From the IMG/VR virus record IMGVR_UViG_3300020059_000001, positions 1 through 14,678 of that record: 14,678 bases of DNA; one strand, given 5' to 3'. Under the pieces are notes generated by a model. The model worked only from the letters and a program-made list of their open reading frames with translations. It was not told the DNA's origin and did no database searches. The number at the start of each line of letters is the position of its first letter. Position 1 is the stretch's first letter. Both the position numbers and the translations under genes were made by a program. Shown here piece by piece: positions 1-7,289 of this stretch. This stretch comes from a virus. Taxonomy: Duplodnaviria > Heunggongvirae > Uroviricota > Caudoviricetes.

Positions 1-30
1 GTCCCTGGCCCGTTTCTGATCTTACGTGTC

Positions 31-40
31 GGGGTACCCC
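31..40. repeat. Perfect 10-bp palindrome GGGGTACCCC next to a C/G run; possible genome-end/packaging-associated sequence
   Basis: Palindrome read directly, followed by CCTCCCCCCTGGGG. The packaging link is inference from resemblance to G/C-run palindromes near cos regions. Confidence 0.4.
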
Positions 41-285
41 CCTCCCCCCTGGGGTGGTCACCCTCCGCTATATCGACCAGCTCACATGTGTCCTATGTGG
101 AGTGTCCACATAGCTGTGTGCATTGTGGAGGGTTGTGCATTTCCCTGTGGCGCATGCCTTCCACGCTGTTCGTGTGATGTGTGCACAGTGGACAGTGCTA
201 TGTGGTGTGTGCACTGTGGTGTGTGGTGTGTGGACACACACGCTGTGTTGCCTCGGTACACACCAGGCAGGCTACCCACCGTAGC

Positions 286-305
286 GGGTACGTGACCACG
301 TACCC
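286..305. promoter_or_regulatory. Perfect inverted repeat GGGTACGTG-AC-CACGTACCC, operator-like
   Basis: 9-bp perfect arms with a 2-nt spacer in non-coding DNA; too tight for a good RNA hairpin and typical of a dimeric protein site. Confidence 0.45.
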
Positions 306-325
306 ACGTGCATGATCACCCATCA

Positions 326-515
326 CCCTGGCCTGCACCCTGGTCACCCTCACCCGCCGGTAGACCAGGGTGACCGCCTCACCACCCTGTCAGCCATGCC
401 CTGTGTCCCCTGCCCTGGCCATGGGGGGGTGTGGCCTACCCGTTGCCCTGGTACTGGCCTGTACGGGGGTGCCAGGGGGGTAGCTGGGTGTGCCCTGGTC
501 ACCCTGGTCTACCGG
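326..515. repeat. CCCTGG iteron-like cluster with a 19-bp perfect inverted repeat (357-375 / 497-515)
   Basis: CCCTGG at 326, 338, 413, 446, 493, 502 and CCAGGG at 365, 472. CCGGTAGACCAGGGTGACC (357-375) is the exact reverse complement of 497-515. Confidence 0.75.
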
Positions 516-943
516 TGCTGGTAGTGGATCACAGGTAGCTGTGGATGTCATGTCGTGGTGTGCACATGGTGCCACTTGGGACATGGGTGTGTCCTGGTAT
601 GTCCGGGTATCTACCCCTACCACTGTGTACCTCCGACGGGTACGCTTAGGGCAGTTCCACCGCACGACAGCACATGATCCACACAACTCCAGAGGGGACA
701 CGGACTCCATCGATGGGGCACCTACCCGCAGCACCTGAGGCAACCGCCCCTCGTGCACAGGGTAGGTAACCGGAGAGAGCAGCCGAGGGAAGCACCCGCC
801 ATGATCCACGGGTGGCACCCAAAGCACTACGCTTGACCGCCGTATCGATCATGAGAACCAGCCTAGAGCGCAACCACCCGCGCCGTCCCCACGATCACCA
901 AAAGTAGGTGATCACCCAAGCCACACGGGATGTGTGGCAGACA

Positions 944-1084
944 CCTAGCAAGCGTACCCCCGAGTGTTGAACCGTTGACTTGTCCGGCTCACGACCTGTC
1001 CACCCGAGGGAAGCGCTGCTAGGAGACGACCACCGCAGCTAGAGCAGTACGCCTAACGGGTGTAGTGCTGTGGCCACGGTGGTC
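944..1084 (+). promoter_or_regulatory. Two consecutive leader hairpins (944-1023, 1028-1084) before the first gene
   Basis: Closing stems CCTAGCA/TGCTAGG and GACCACCG/CGGTGGTC, with inner arms AGCAGTACGCC/GGTGTAGTGCT; followed by RBS AGAAAGG and ATG at 1100. Confidence 0.55.
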
Positions 1085-1099
1085 ACGAGAAAGGCAACC

Positions 1100-1231
1100 A
1101 TGACCGAACACATTGACACCACGAGCACCTGTCAGCGTTGCTCCGAAACGATCGAGCACGTTGCCGGCGTCAAAGATCCGTACTGGCGCCACTCCGGTGC
1201 CACGTCGCATCCCGCGCAGCCTACCCGGTAG
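1100..1231 (+). CDS. Small hypothetical protein (43 aa, CxxC and WRH motifs); not in the ORF track
   Basis: Manual translation MTEHIDTTSTCQRCSETIEHVAGVKDPYWRHSGATSHPAQPTR; RBS GAAAGG with accATG; the stop lies in the left arm of the next hairpin. Confidence 0.7.
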   Translation: MTEHIDTTSTCQRCSETIEHVAGVKDPYWRHSGATSHPAQPTR

Positions 1232-1292
1232 CACCCCTGGTCACATGATCGGCCCTTACGGGGGTCGGTCATGTAGCCACGGTGGCTACCGG
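1225..1292 (+). promoter_or_regulatory. Long intergenic hairpin (~30 bp stem, TACG loop)
   Basis: CCGGTAGC..ACATGATCGGCCCT-TACG-GGGGTCGGTCATGT..GCTACCGG with three G-U pairs in the upper stem; RBS follows immediately. Confidence 0.75.
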
Positions 1293-1303
1293 AGAGGACA
1301 ACC

Positions 1304-1522
1304 ATGATCCGCCAGCGTGTCCGGCACATGCTCATGACCGCGCTCATCCTGATCGGTGCTGTCAGCGTGGTGTACGTGGTAACGCACACCACGATCGACA
1401 CCTACTCCGGTGCCAACGGGCAACGGGGAGTTGTCATCGGATGGCAGGGACCGGGGCCGGTTCAGTGTTTCGGCGCTGAGTACGGCAGTCACCCCGGACC
1501 ATTCATGAACGTTGACTGCTGA
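1304..1522 (+). CDS. Small membrane/secreted protein (72 aa)
   Basis: RBS GAGAGGA; basic N-terminus then hydrophobic LMTALILIGAVSVVYVV. Confidence 0.75.
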   Translation: MIRQRVRHMLMTALILIGAVSVVYVVTHTTIDTYSGANGQRGVVIGWQGPGPVQCFGAEYGSHPGPFMNVDC

Positions 1523-1527
1523 CCCAC

Positions 1528-1579
1528 CCGTTGCGTTATCGAGCACCCGTCTCGCACGGGTGTTCGGCTACCCCAACGG
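1528..1579 (+). promoter_or_regulatory. Intergenic hairpin, CCGTTG...CAACGG family
   Basis: Basal stem CCGTTG/CAACGG, internal loop, upper stem TCGAGCACCCGT/ACGGGTGTTCGG with 2 G-U. Confidence 0.75.
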
Positions 1580-1590
1580 AGAGGCAAGCA

Positions 1591-1794
1591 ATGGACCCGA
1601 ACGAAACCCTACGCACCATGCGCGAAGCAATCGCACGGTACGACAACGCAATCAAGCTAGTCGACGCGGACGACGCAGCGAGTGATGTACTTGACGCAGC
1701 ACGAGCGCTTGACGAGTGGTTGTCACACGGAGGTTTCCTACCGAAAGCCTGGAAAGACAGTCTGTCTCGACCGGGCGAAAGTTTCCGACCCTAA
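1591..1794 (+). CDS. Conserved actinophage-type small helical protein (MDPN...LDEWLSxGGFLPxAW)
   Basis: Start trimmed from 1531 to ATG 1591 after RBS GAGAGG; the motif is recalled from actinophage hypothetical proteins (not searched). Confidence 0.8.
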   Translation: MDPNETLRTMREAIARYDNAIKLVDADDAASDVLDAARALDEWLSHGGFLPKAWKDSLSRPGESFRP

Positions 1795-1852
1795 CCGTTG
1801 CGTCAACCCGAGCGATCACCCCGTGGGGTGGTCGCTCGTATTGTCCCAACGG
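1795..1852 (+). promoter_or_regulatory. Intergenic hairpin, CCGTTG...CAACGG family
   Basis: Basal CCGTTG/CAACGG; upper stem CGAGCGATCACCC/GGGTGGTCGCTCG with 1 G-U; followed by RBS AAGGA. Confidence 0.75.
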
Positions 1853-1865
1853 AAGGACTCAACCC

Positions 1866-2168
1866 ATGCACGGTGCAACCGACCACATCACACGTTTCGA
1901 TGTGATCGAAACACTCACCGATCGTGTGATGAACTGGTACGGATTCACGTACGCATCGGACTACCGGATGCGACCGTACGCCATGCTCGCCGCTATCCAA
2001 CTACACGAGATGGGCGTGTCCCCGGACACGTTGACCACCGAACAAATCAAGACAGCAGACAAGGAAACCGGCGGCACCATGCTCGCCATGTGGAACACGC
2101 TGGCAGGCACCAACACCGACGTTCCGGGTCCGGAAATCAAGCCCGACGGTACCGACCATGAGAGCTAG
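1866..2168 (+). CDS. Hypothetical protein (100 aa)
   Basis: In frame with track ORF 1716..2168; ATG 1866 follows the hairpin and RBS AAGGA. Confidence 0.7.
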   Translation: MHGATDHITRFDVIETLTDRVMNWYGFTYASDYRMRPYAMLAAIQLHEMGVSPDTLTTEQIKTADKETGGTMLAMWNTLAGTNTDVPGPEIKPDGTDHES

Positions 2169-2340
2169 CCGACGGATCCGACGCGCTCTCGCGATAGCTG
2201 AGGCATTCGAGAGCGGCGCATCGGACTACCGGACCGATGCGCGTGCCGCGTACCGGCATCATCGGCGGTACCGGAAGTGGTATCACCTAGGCCAGCACTA
2301 CCAGCGTGCGCAACTCAGCCCACACACCCGCATCGGCTGA
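2158..2340 (+). CDS. Small basic hypothetical protein (60 aa)
   Basis: Overlaps the upstream stop by 11 nt; ends exactly at the next hairpin. Confidence 0.6.
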   Translation: MRASRRIRRALAIAEAFESGASDYRTDARAAYRHHRRYRKWYHLGQHYQRAQLSPHTRIG

Positions 2341-2459
2341 ACCGTTCGCATGGCTACCCGCATCACGTGATCTCGCTCCTCTTACCCTTGTCGTCCGCCG
2401 ATGGGCGGTCAACCCGTAAGAGCGAGGCACCGGGGTACGGGTAGCTGTGCAAGTGGTTC
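2339..2459 (+). ncRNA. ~120-nt long-stem structured element (processing site or small RNA candidate)
   Basis: Basal stem GAACCGTTCGCATGGCTACCCG / CGGGTAGCTGTGCAAGTGGTTC with 4 G-U pairs; inner stems CTCTTAC/GTAAGAG and TTG/CAA. Confidence 0.5.
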
Positions 2460-2534
2460 GGACCCTTTCGACGTATCCCATGGGTGCACGGGATCATCCC
2501 GCGCACCGATGCCTACGCACGAAAGGAAACGACC

Positions 2535-2675
2535 ATGGTTTTTCAGGCCATCCTCAGCAGTACCGGGCGGACCGTGGAAGTTCGCGCGGACTCTGCTCAC
2601 GCGTTCCGCTACCAGCTAGAACAGCGCGGTATCAAGGTTGCCGATGTTCGGCATTGCGTACAGAAGAAAGGGTGA
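2535..2675 (+). CDS. Small hypothetical protein (46 aa)
   Basis: Strong RBS GAAAGGAA before ATG 2535, in frame with track ORF 2484..2675; small hairpin at 2483-2507 upstream. Confidence 0.7.
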   Translation: MVFQAILSSTGRTVEVRADSAHAFRYQLEQRGIKVADVRHCVQKKG

Positions 2676-2681
2676 CATCAA

Positions 2682-2768
2682 GTGTTGCTCACCATTGCAG
2701 GGTTGCTGCTCATGCTTCCCCTGGCCGTCAAGATCACAAAGGCTGCGGTGTCCAAGATTCACCGCTGA
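2682..2768 (+). CDS. Single-pass membrane peptide (28 aa); not in the ORF track
   Basis: GTG start after AGAAAGGG; MLLTIAGLLLMLPLAVKITKAAVSKIHR, hydrophobic then basic. Confidence 0.55.
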   Translation: MLLTIAGLLLMLPLAVKITKAAVSKIHR

Positions 2769-2774
2769 CGCTTG

Positions 2775-2826
2775 CCTACACCACACGGCTAGCCCGTGTG
2801 GTCAGGGGAGGTATCAGCCACCCTCC
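2775..2826 (+). promoter_or_regulatory. Hairpin ACCACACGG/CCGTGTGGT followed by a UCAGCC-loop hairpin
   Basis: Second hairpin GGAGG-TATCAGCCAC-CCTCC at 2807-2826. Confidence 0.65.
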
Positions 2827-2843
2827 GGAAAGCGGAACACATC

Positions 2844-3053
2844 ATGCCGTTTCAAGAGCAAGTGTGGAACCTGTACCGGGAGTACATCGATGATGAGTGG
2901 TATTCCGGCTATGCCGGAACACTGGTCGATGTCACCGGGCACACGCCAACCGAATCGGAACGCATCGTTGCGTTTCTCACGTGGGCTGCAATAGTCCACC
3001 GGGTTGGGATCACGTTCGATGACATCGACGCGGTTCTGTACGGCCCTGAATAA
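2844..3053 (+). CDS. Small acidic hypothetical protein (69 aa)
   Basis: ATG 2844 after GGAAAGCGGA, in frame with track ORF 2796..3053. Confidence 0.7.
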   Translation: MPFQEQVWNLYREYIDDEWYSGYAGTLVDVTGHTPTESERIVAFLTWAAIVHRVGITFDDIDAVLYGPE

Positions 3054-3056
3054 GCG

Positions 3057-3140
3057 GAGTGATCATCGATCATAAGGGTCGATGATCGCTCGGCCTATTC
3101 AGCCTAAGGCCAGGAAGCGTGAGGCATTTCAGCCATGCCT
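3057..3140 (+). promoter_or_regulatory. Hairpin plus two UCAGCC-loop hairpins, the second sequestering the start codon
   Basis: GAGTGATCATCGA/TCGATGATCGCTC (3057-3091); GGCCT-ATTCAGCCTA-AGGCC (3092-3111); AGGCAT-TTCAGCC-ATGCCT (3122-3140). Confidence 0.75.
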
Positions 3141-4238
3141 AACAACGACATCGGCAGTCCAACGTCACTCGCAATGGTCACATGTGACCGATGCGGAAAC
3201 ACAGCGGACTACCCCGGCACCTACCCCGATTACATCACCCACCAGCCCGACCGGTCCGGCGCATTCTGCGCCAACTGTTGCATCGCGTGCGAAGAGTGCG
3301 GTGTAACCGCAACTAGTCACAACTCGTACCCGCACTACATCGAATACCGCGTCGGCCCCGGTGGGGACTATTGCGACGAGTGCGTCACCTACTGCGAAAA
3401 TTGCAGTGAGTACTACACGGGTGACGAGTGCCCCGACGTGTCCGACCACAGCTACGACGATGACGACGGTTCGTACCGCGACGGTAACGGACTCATCAAC
3501 AGCTACTCGTACAAGCCGTATCCCGAATTCCACGGGGTCGGTCCCGCGTTTCTCGGCGCGGAAATCGAAATCTCCGCACCGGGGCACGGATTCAATCAGG
3601 CTGCGCGGATCGCTGCGGACGGCCTTGGGTCCCTCGGGTACCTGAAAGAGGACTCGTCTATATCGCTCGGGTTCGAAATGGTCACGCACCCAATGACCTA
3701 CGCCTACGCGATGGACAACTTCCCGTGGCCGATGCTGCGAGAGCTACACGACCTAGGGTGCCGGGCAACGGAAGAGACCGGTATCCACGTGCACGTGTCG
3801 CGGGCCGGGTTCGCTAGCCCCTGTCACGTGTACCGGTGGATGAAATTTGTCTACCGCAACGCGCGGGAAGTGCAGGCTATCGCGCGGCGCCGGTCAAGAG
3901 ACTGGGCACCGTTCGATGCAAGTACCCGGCAACAGCAAAAGCACTACGCGAAAAACGATCGTGACCCGTACGGGGGCAGTGTCTACTGCCCGCGTTACTC
4001 AGCGATCAATTCGCAAAACGCGGAAACATTCGAGGTACGCGTCTTTGCGTCGTCGCTGAACGAACATGAAATCAAGGCAGCGCTAGCGCTTGTTGCTGCC
4101 ACCGTCGAGTACACGGCGCATCTGTCCGCCCATGACATCCTCCGCAACGACGGGTGGACATGGTCCGCGTTCATGCAATGGCTACCCAACAAGTACGCCC
4201 CGCTTCGCAGTGAGGCGGCCCGGCTATGTGTCTCCTAA
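3135..4238 (+). CDS. Putative amidoligase (COOH-NH2 ligase, Amidoligase_2-like) with N-terminal CxxC zinc-finger repeats
   Basis: Motifs GAEIE, KEDSSI..GFEMVTHP, TGIHVHVS, RYSAIN, TFEVRVF; several CxxC pairs in the first ~100 aa. Confidence 0.9.
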   Translation: MPNNDIGSPTSLAMVTCDRCGNTADYPGTYPDYITHQPDRSGAFCANCCIACEECGVTATSHNSYPHYIEYRVGPGGDYCDECVTYCENCSEYYTGDECPDVSDHSYDDDDGSYRDGNGLINSYSYKPYPEFHGVGPAFLGAEIEISAPGHGFNQAARIAADGLGSLGYLKEDSSISLGFEMVTHPMTYAYAMDNFPWPMLRELHDLGCRATEETGIHVHVSRAGFASPCHVYRWMKFVYRNAREVQAIARRRSRDWAPFDASTRQQQKHYAKNDRDPYGGSVYCPRYSAINSQNAETFEVRVFASSLNEHEIKAALALVAATVEYTAHLSAHDILRNDGWTWSAFMQWLPNKYAPLRSEAARLCVS

Positions 4239-5059
4239 CTTACCTACCGGCTGGAGTCCAGCCGGACACGGAAGCACTACGCAACGGGACACTGGTCAAT
4301 GAGGACGGCTTCGGATACGCCATCGTTGCCGACGGTCGGATCATCATCGGTAAGAGTCTCGACCCCGACAAAACTATCGACCGGTTCGCCGAGCTACGGA
4401 AAGCGAACCCCGACGGGCCGGCACTATTCCACTCCCGGATGTCAACACACGGGATCGTCGACAAAGACAACTGCCACCCGTTCATCGTGGGCGGCGACCG
4501 GCGGACCGTCTTCGGTCACAACGGAATCTTCCCGGCGAAAGCGCAACCGGCTAAGAACGACATTCGGTCCGATACCCGCATCGTGGCGGAAGACCTGATT
4601 CCGCGCGGTATGTGGGGTGGGATGCAACAATCCAAGAGCCGACGTCGGCTAGAACGATGGATGGGACCGTTCAACAAAGCGGTTATCCTGACCGTCAACC
4701 GCCGGTACCGGGAGCAAGCGTACATCCTAAATGAGGATGCCGGTATTTGGGATAAGGGCTCATGGTATAGCAACAGTGGTTTCAAGCCACCGTGGAAGCC
4801 ATCCAAGGATGATGGCTACTGGACTAAGGACCCGGAAACCGGGACGTGGGGCTTTACAAGTAGAAATTGGAATTACGGTGGCCATGACTGTCCGGTCTGT
4901 TTTACCGACGACGCGGTCGACCCGGTAACCAATATCTGCGGATTCTGTCACTGTTGCATTGACTGCTGTGAAACGGACGTCGACTGCCAGTGCTACATAC
5001 CCGCAGCACTTGACCGACTACCCGACCACATCCTGTCACAACTCGACCGCGACCGTTGA
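4226..5059 (+). CDS. Class II (Ntn) glutamine amidotransferase with a C-terminal Cys cluster
   Basis: N-terminal Met-Cys nucleophile, NEDGFG, FHSRMSTHG, NCHPF, HNG, RSDT; overlaps the amidoligase by 13 nt. Confidence 0.92.
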   Translation: MCLLTYLPAGVQPDTEALRNGTLVNEDGFGYAIVADGRIIIGKSLDPDKTIDRFAELRKANPDGPALFHSRMSTHGIVDKDNCHPFIVGGDRRTVFGHNGIFPAKAQPAKNDIRSDTRIVAEDLIPRGMWGGMQQSKSRRRLERWMGPFNKAVILTVNRRYREQAYILNEDAGIWDKGSWYSNSGFKPPWKPSKDDGYWTKDPETGTWGFTSRNWNYGGHDCPVCFTDDAVDPVTNICGFCHCCIDCCETDVDCQCYIPAALDRLPDHILSQLDRDR

Positions 5060-5106
5060 CCTAAGGAGGGTGCCCGTCACGCACGGGCACCCGATTAGCC
5101 CAACGG
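5053..5106 (+). promoter_or_regulatory. Intergenic hairpin, CCGTTG...CAACGG family
   Basis: Basal CCGTTG/CAACGG; upper stem GGGTGCCCGT-CACGC-ACGGGCACCC, sharing CCCGT-CWCGC-ACGGG with 1528-1579; TTAGCC at 5095. Confidence 0.75.
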
Positions 5107-5123
5107 GAAAGGGGAAACAAACC

Positions 5124-5324
5124 GTGAGCAGTAACACCGATCGCCAGGATCAATTGCGAATGGCTGCACTACGGGAAAGGGTCGCCATTGTCGCTGAGAT
5201 TCGGGCAATGGCTGATGAGGTACGGAACACATGGGACCCGAACCTAGGCCGCGCAATAGGCACGATTATTGACGACGTCGCCGACAAGATCAACACCTAC
5301 CGGTACCTCCATGAGGCCCGGTAA
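5124..5324 (+). CDS. Small helical hypothetical protein (66 aa)
   Basis: GTG 5124 after RBS GAAAGGGGA, in frame with track ORF 4959..5324. Confidence 0.7.
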   Translation: MSSNTDRQDQLRMAALRERVAIVAEIRAMADEVRNTWDPNLGRAIGTIIDDVADKINTYRYLHEAR

Positions 5325-5365
5325 CTACTCAGCCTAGGAAAGCATGAGGGCACTCAGCCATGCCT
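5298..5365 (+). promoter_or_regulatory. Hairpin plus two UCAGCC-loop hairpins (homologous to 3092-3140)
   Basis: TACCGG..CCTC-CAT-GAGG.CCGGTA (5298-5323); CTA-CTCAGCC-TAG; GGCA-CTCAGCCA-TGCC. Confidence 0.65.
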
Positions 5366-5608
5366 AACAACGCCAACAACACTCGTCCGCTACACGTCGT
5401 GGCGGCCGACGTCCGCCGACACTGGCCGAAAGTCAACTACGCGGCCGTCCCGTACCTCAACGCAATGGCGAAACTCAACAAGCTCACCGACATGTACGGC
5501 GCCGACCATGCCGACGACATCGTGCGGTACTTCCTAAGTAACGCAACCTCATGGCGCGGCGACGACGCACGGAGGGTCAAGGCCGAACTTAAGGCCATGC
5601 TCCGATGA
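5360..5608 (+). CDS. Conserved phage hypothetical protein (82 aa; AVPYLxAM...YFLxNAxxWRG..ARRVKAELK)
   Basis: Motif pattern recalled from a widespread phage family of unknown function; ATGA overlap with the next gene. Confidence 0.85.
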   Translation: MPNNANNTRPLHVVAADVRRHWPKVNYAAVPYLNAMAKLNKLTDMYGADHADDIVRYFLSNATSWRGDDARRVKAELKAMLR

Positions 5609-6205
5609 CCATCCGCCTACCGCAGGTAGCCAACATCAAACGCGTGTTCCGTAGCGCCACGTCCAACCAGCTAACCACTGGTCGGGCGTGGTATGCCGAC
5701 GCGCACGCGGGCCGCCGCGAATCTCGACCCCGACCACCCTAACCGGGCCGCCGGAATCATCGCTGCCCTAAGCCCCCAAACGTCGTGGCCACGCAACCTT
5801 GGGCTAGCAGCCCGGATGTACGCCGACGGGCGTCTGAACGGCGGTGCCCTCAGCCGGTCCGTCACACGGGCAACCGCCATCTACCACGGCGCCGAACCCC
5901 TCAACGTCCTACAAGGGCCGAAAACACGGGCGTTCTACCGACTCATTGCCGACCCCGACGACCCCGACACCGTGTGCATCGACCGACACGCCATAGACGT
6001 AGCTGTCGGGGAACGGCTATCCGTACTCGACCGGGAATCCCGCTACCCGCTCAACCGGCATAACTGGTATGAGCGGTTCGCCACCGTCTACCGGGCCGCC
6101 GCTCGCCAACTAGCCGTGACCCCGTCCGTCGTGCAGGCAACCACATGGACCGTACAAACCGACCGGTGGCGGGACATCCGCATCGGCGGACTAACCCACA
6201 TCTGA
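5605..6205 (+). pseudogene. DUF7178-like phage protein split by a +1 frameshift near 5709-5711 (real lesion or sequencing error)
   Basis: Frame from 5605 gives NIKRVFRSAT...GRAWYADAH then stops at 5742; the +1 frame continues with AAGIIAALSPQ, GPKTRAFY, IDRHA, VQATTW. The family assignment is from recall. Confidence 0.7.
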
Positions 6206-6218
6206 CCCGACGACTGAA

Positions 6219-6277
6219 CGCGCGGCGTGGCCAACAGCTACCAGCTGTTGACCGCGCGGTCTATTCAGCCACAGACC
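6219..6277 (+). promoter_or_regulatory. Hairpin plus UCAGCC-loop hairpin
   Basis: CGCGCGG..CAACAGCT-ACC-AGCTGTTG..CCGCGCG (6219-6258); GGTCT-ATTCAGCCAC-AGACC (6258-6277). Confidence 0.7.
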
Positions 6278-6295
6278 AGAGAGAAGGAAAGAACC

Positions 6296-7282
6296 ATGCC
6301 CGCAAATGTGGAATCAATGTTTTCCGTCCGGGCGATGCCCTGGCACCGGGAAGGTGTTGTGTTGGGTGAGTACCCGGGTAGTTGGGCCGAAGCGCGGAAG
6401 CTCGCCGGCCTGGAATGGGATCCGATCAGCGAACCCGTGTACGAGCTGCAAGGGATCACTGAGGACGGGCAGCCTACGTACGCCCCTAGTGAGGGGTGGA
6501 AGCGGATTGTCAGGTCGGATACCGGCGCGACGTTGTGGATCACCCAAGACACATACAAGATCATCGACCATCAGGCGATGGGCGAAATCGTGGAAGCGGT
6601 ACTCGCGCAGCCCAACGTCAAATGGGAAACCGCCGGCGTGCTGAACGGTGGCCGGGACGTGTGGGCGCTGTCCCGCCTCGACGAACCCGTCGAACTGCCC
6701 GGCGACGCCGGCACCCTCACCGTGCCGTACCTCGCGTTCACCACCCGGCACGGCCAGCCCGGCGCAGCCGTGCTCAGGGCAACCGCCGTCCGGATCGTAT
6801 GCGCCAACACGTTCCGGGCAGCCGAACTTGAAGGAGAACGGACCGGGAACACATTCGCGTTCAAGCACCGGGGTAACTGGCGGGACCGGCTCAGTGAGGC
6901 CCGTGAGGCCGTCACCGGCGCCCGCCGGGAAATGGCCGACTACGTAGGTTTGATGACCAACCTACTCGACATCAAGATCACGCCCAGGCAGCGGGAACTG
7001 TTCATCACCGCATTCATCCCGTCGCCGCCCGACGGCCTGGTCACCGACCGGGTAGTCCGCAACGTCGAAACCGCGCGGACCGCGCTGCGGGCAATCCTAG
7101 CCAGCGACACCACCGCCAACGTCGCCGACACCGGCTACGGGTTGGTACAAGGCGCCGGGGAATACCTCGACCACGTCCGCCGGTCGCGTAGCTGGGAAAC
7201 GAAATTGGGTCGCACGCTCATTAGACCCGAACCGTTGAAAGCAAAGGCTTTGAGTCTCGTCCGCGAGGTTGCGAACGCCTGA
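6296..7282 (+). CDS. DUF932 family phage/plasmid-like protein (TIGR03299 type)
   Basis: Characteristic MPANVESMFSVRxMPWHREG start, GLEWD, WETAGVLNGGRxVW, VRIVCANT, KHRGNW; RBS GAAGGAAAG before ATG 6296. Confidence 0.92.
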   Translation: MPANVESMFSVRAMPWHREGVVLGEYPGSWAEARKLAGLEWDPISEPVYELQGITEDGQPTYAPSEGWKRIVRSDTGATLWITQDTYKIIDHQAMGEIVEAVLAQPNVKWETAGVLNGGRDVWALSRLDEPVELPGDAGTLTVPYLAFTTRHGQPGAAVLRATAVRIVCANTFRAAELEGERTGNTFAFKHRGNWRDRLSEAREAVTGARREMADYVGLMTNLLDIKITPRQRELFITAFIPSPPDGLVTDRVVRNVETARTALRAILASDTTANVADTGYGLVQGAGEYLDHVRRSRSWETKLGRTLIRPEPLKAKALSLVREVANA

Positions 7283-7289
7283 GTAGACG

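Noticed and set aside
26-873. Track ORFs in the first 900 bp (26..295, 82..279, 312..524, 390..827, 490..738, 646..873)
   Set aside because: No RBS, low-complexity Cys/Val/Pro translations produced by GT-rich repeats, and no codon bias.
1113-1307. Track ORF 1113..1307 and minus ORFs 1019..1234, 1132..1401
   Set aside because: The 1100..1231 frame has the RBS and a protein-like sequence; the others cross hairpins.
1682-2161. 159-aa + ORF
   Set aside because: Out-of-frame overlap of two better-supported genes and runs through a hairpin.
2401-2994. ORFs 2401..2619, 2447..2893, 2638..2994
   Set aside because: They span hairpins and overlap three RBS-supported small genes.
3165-3689. 174-aa minus ORF and similar antisense ORFs (6314..6868, 8009..8440, 9526..10041, 10475..10855)
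   Set aside because: Shadow frames expected opposite high-GC3 genes.
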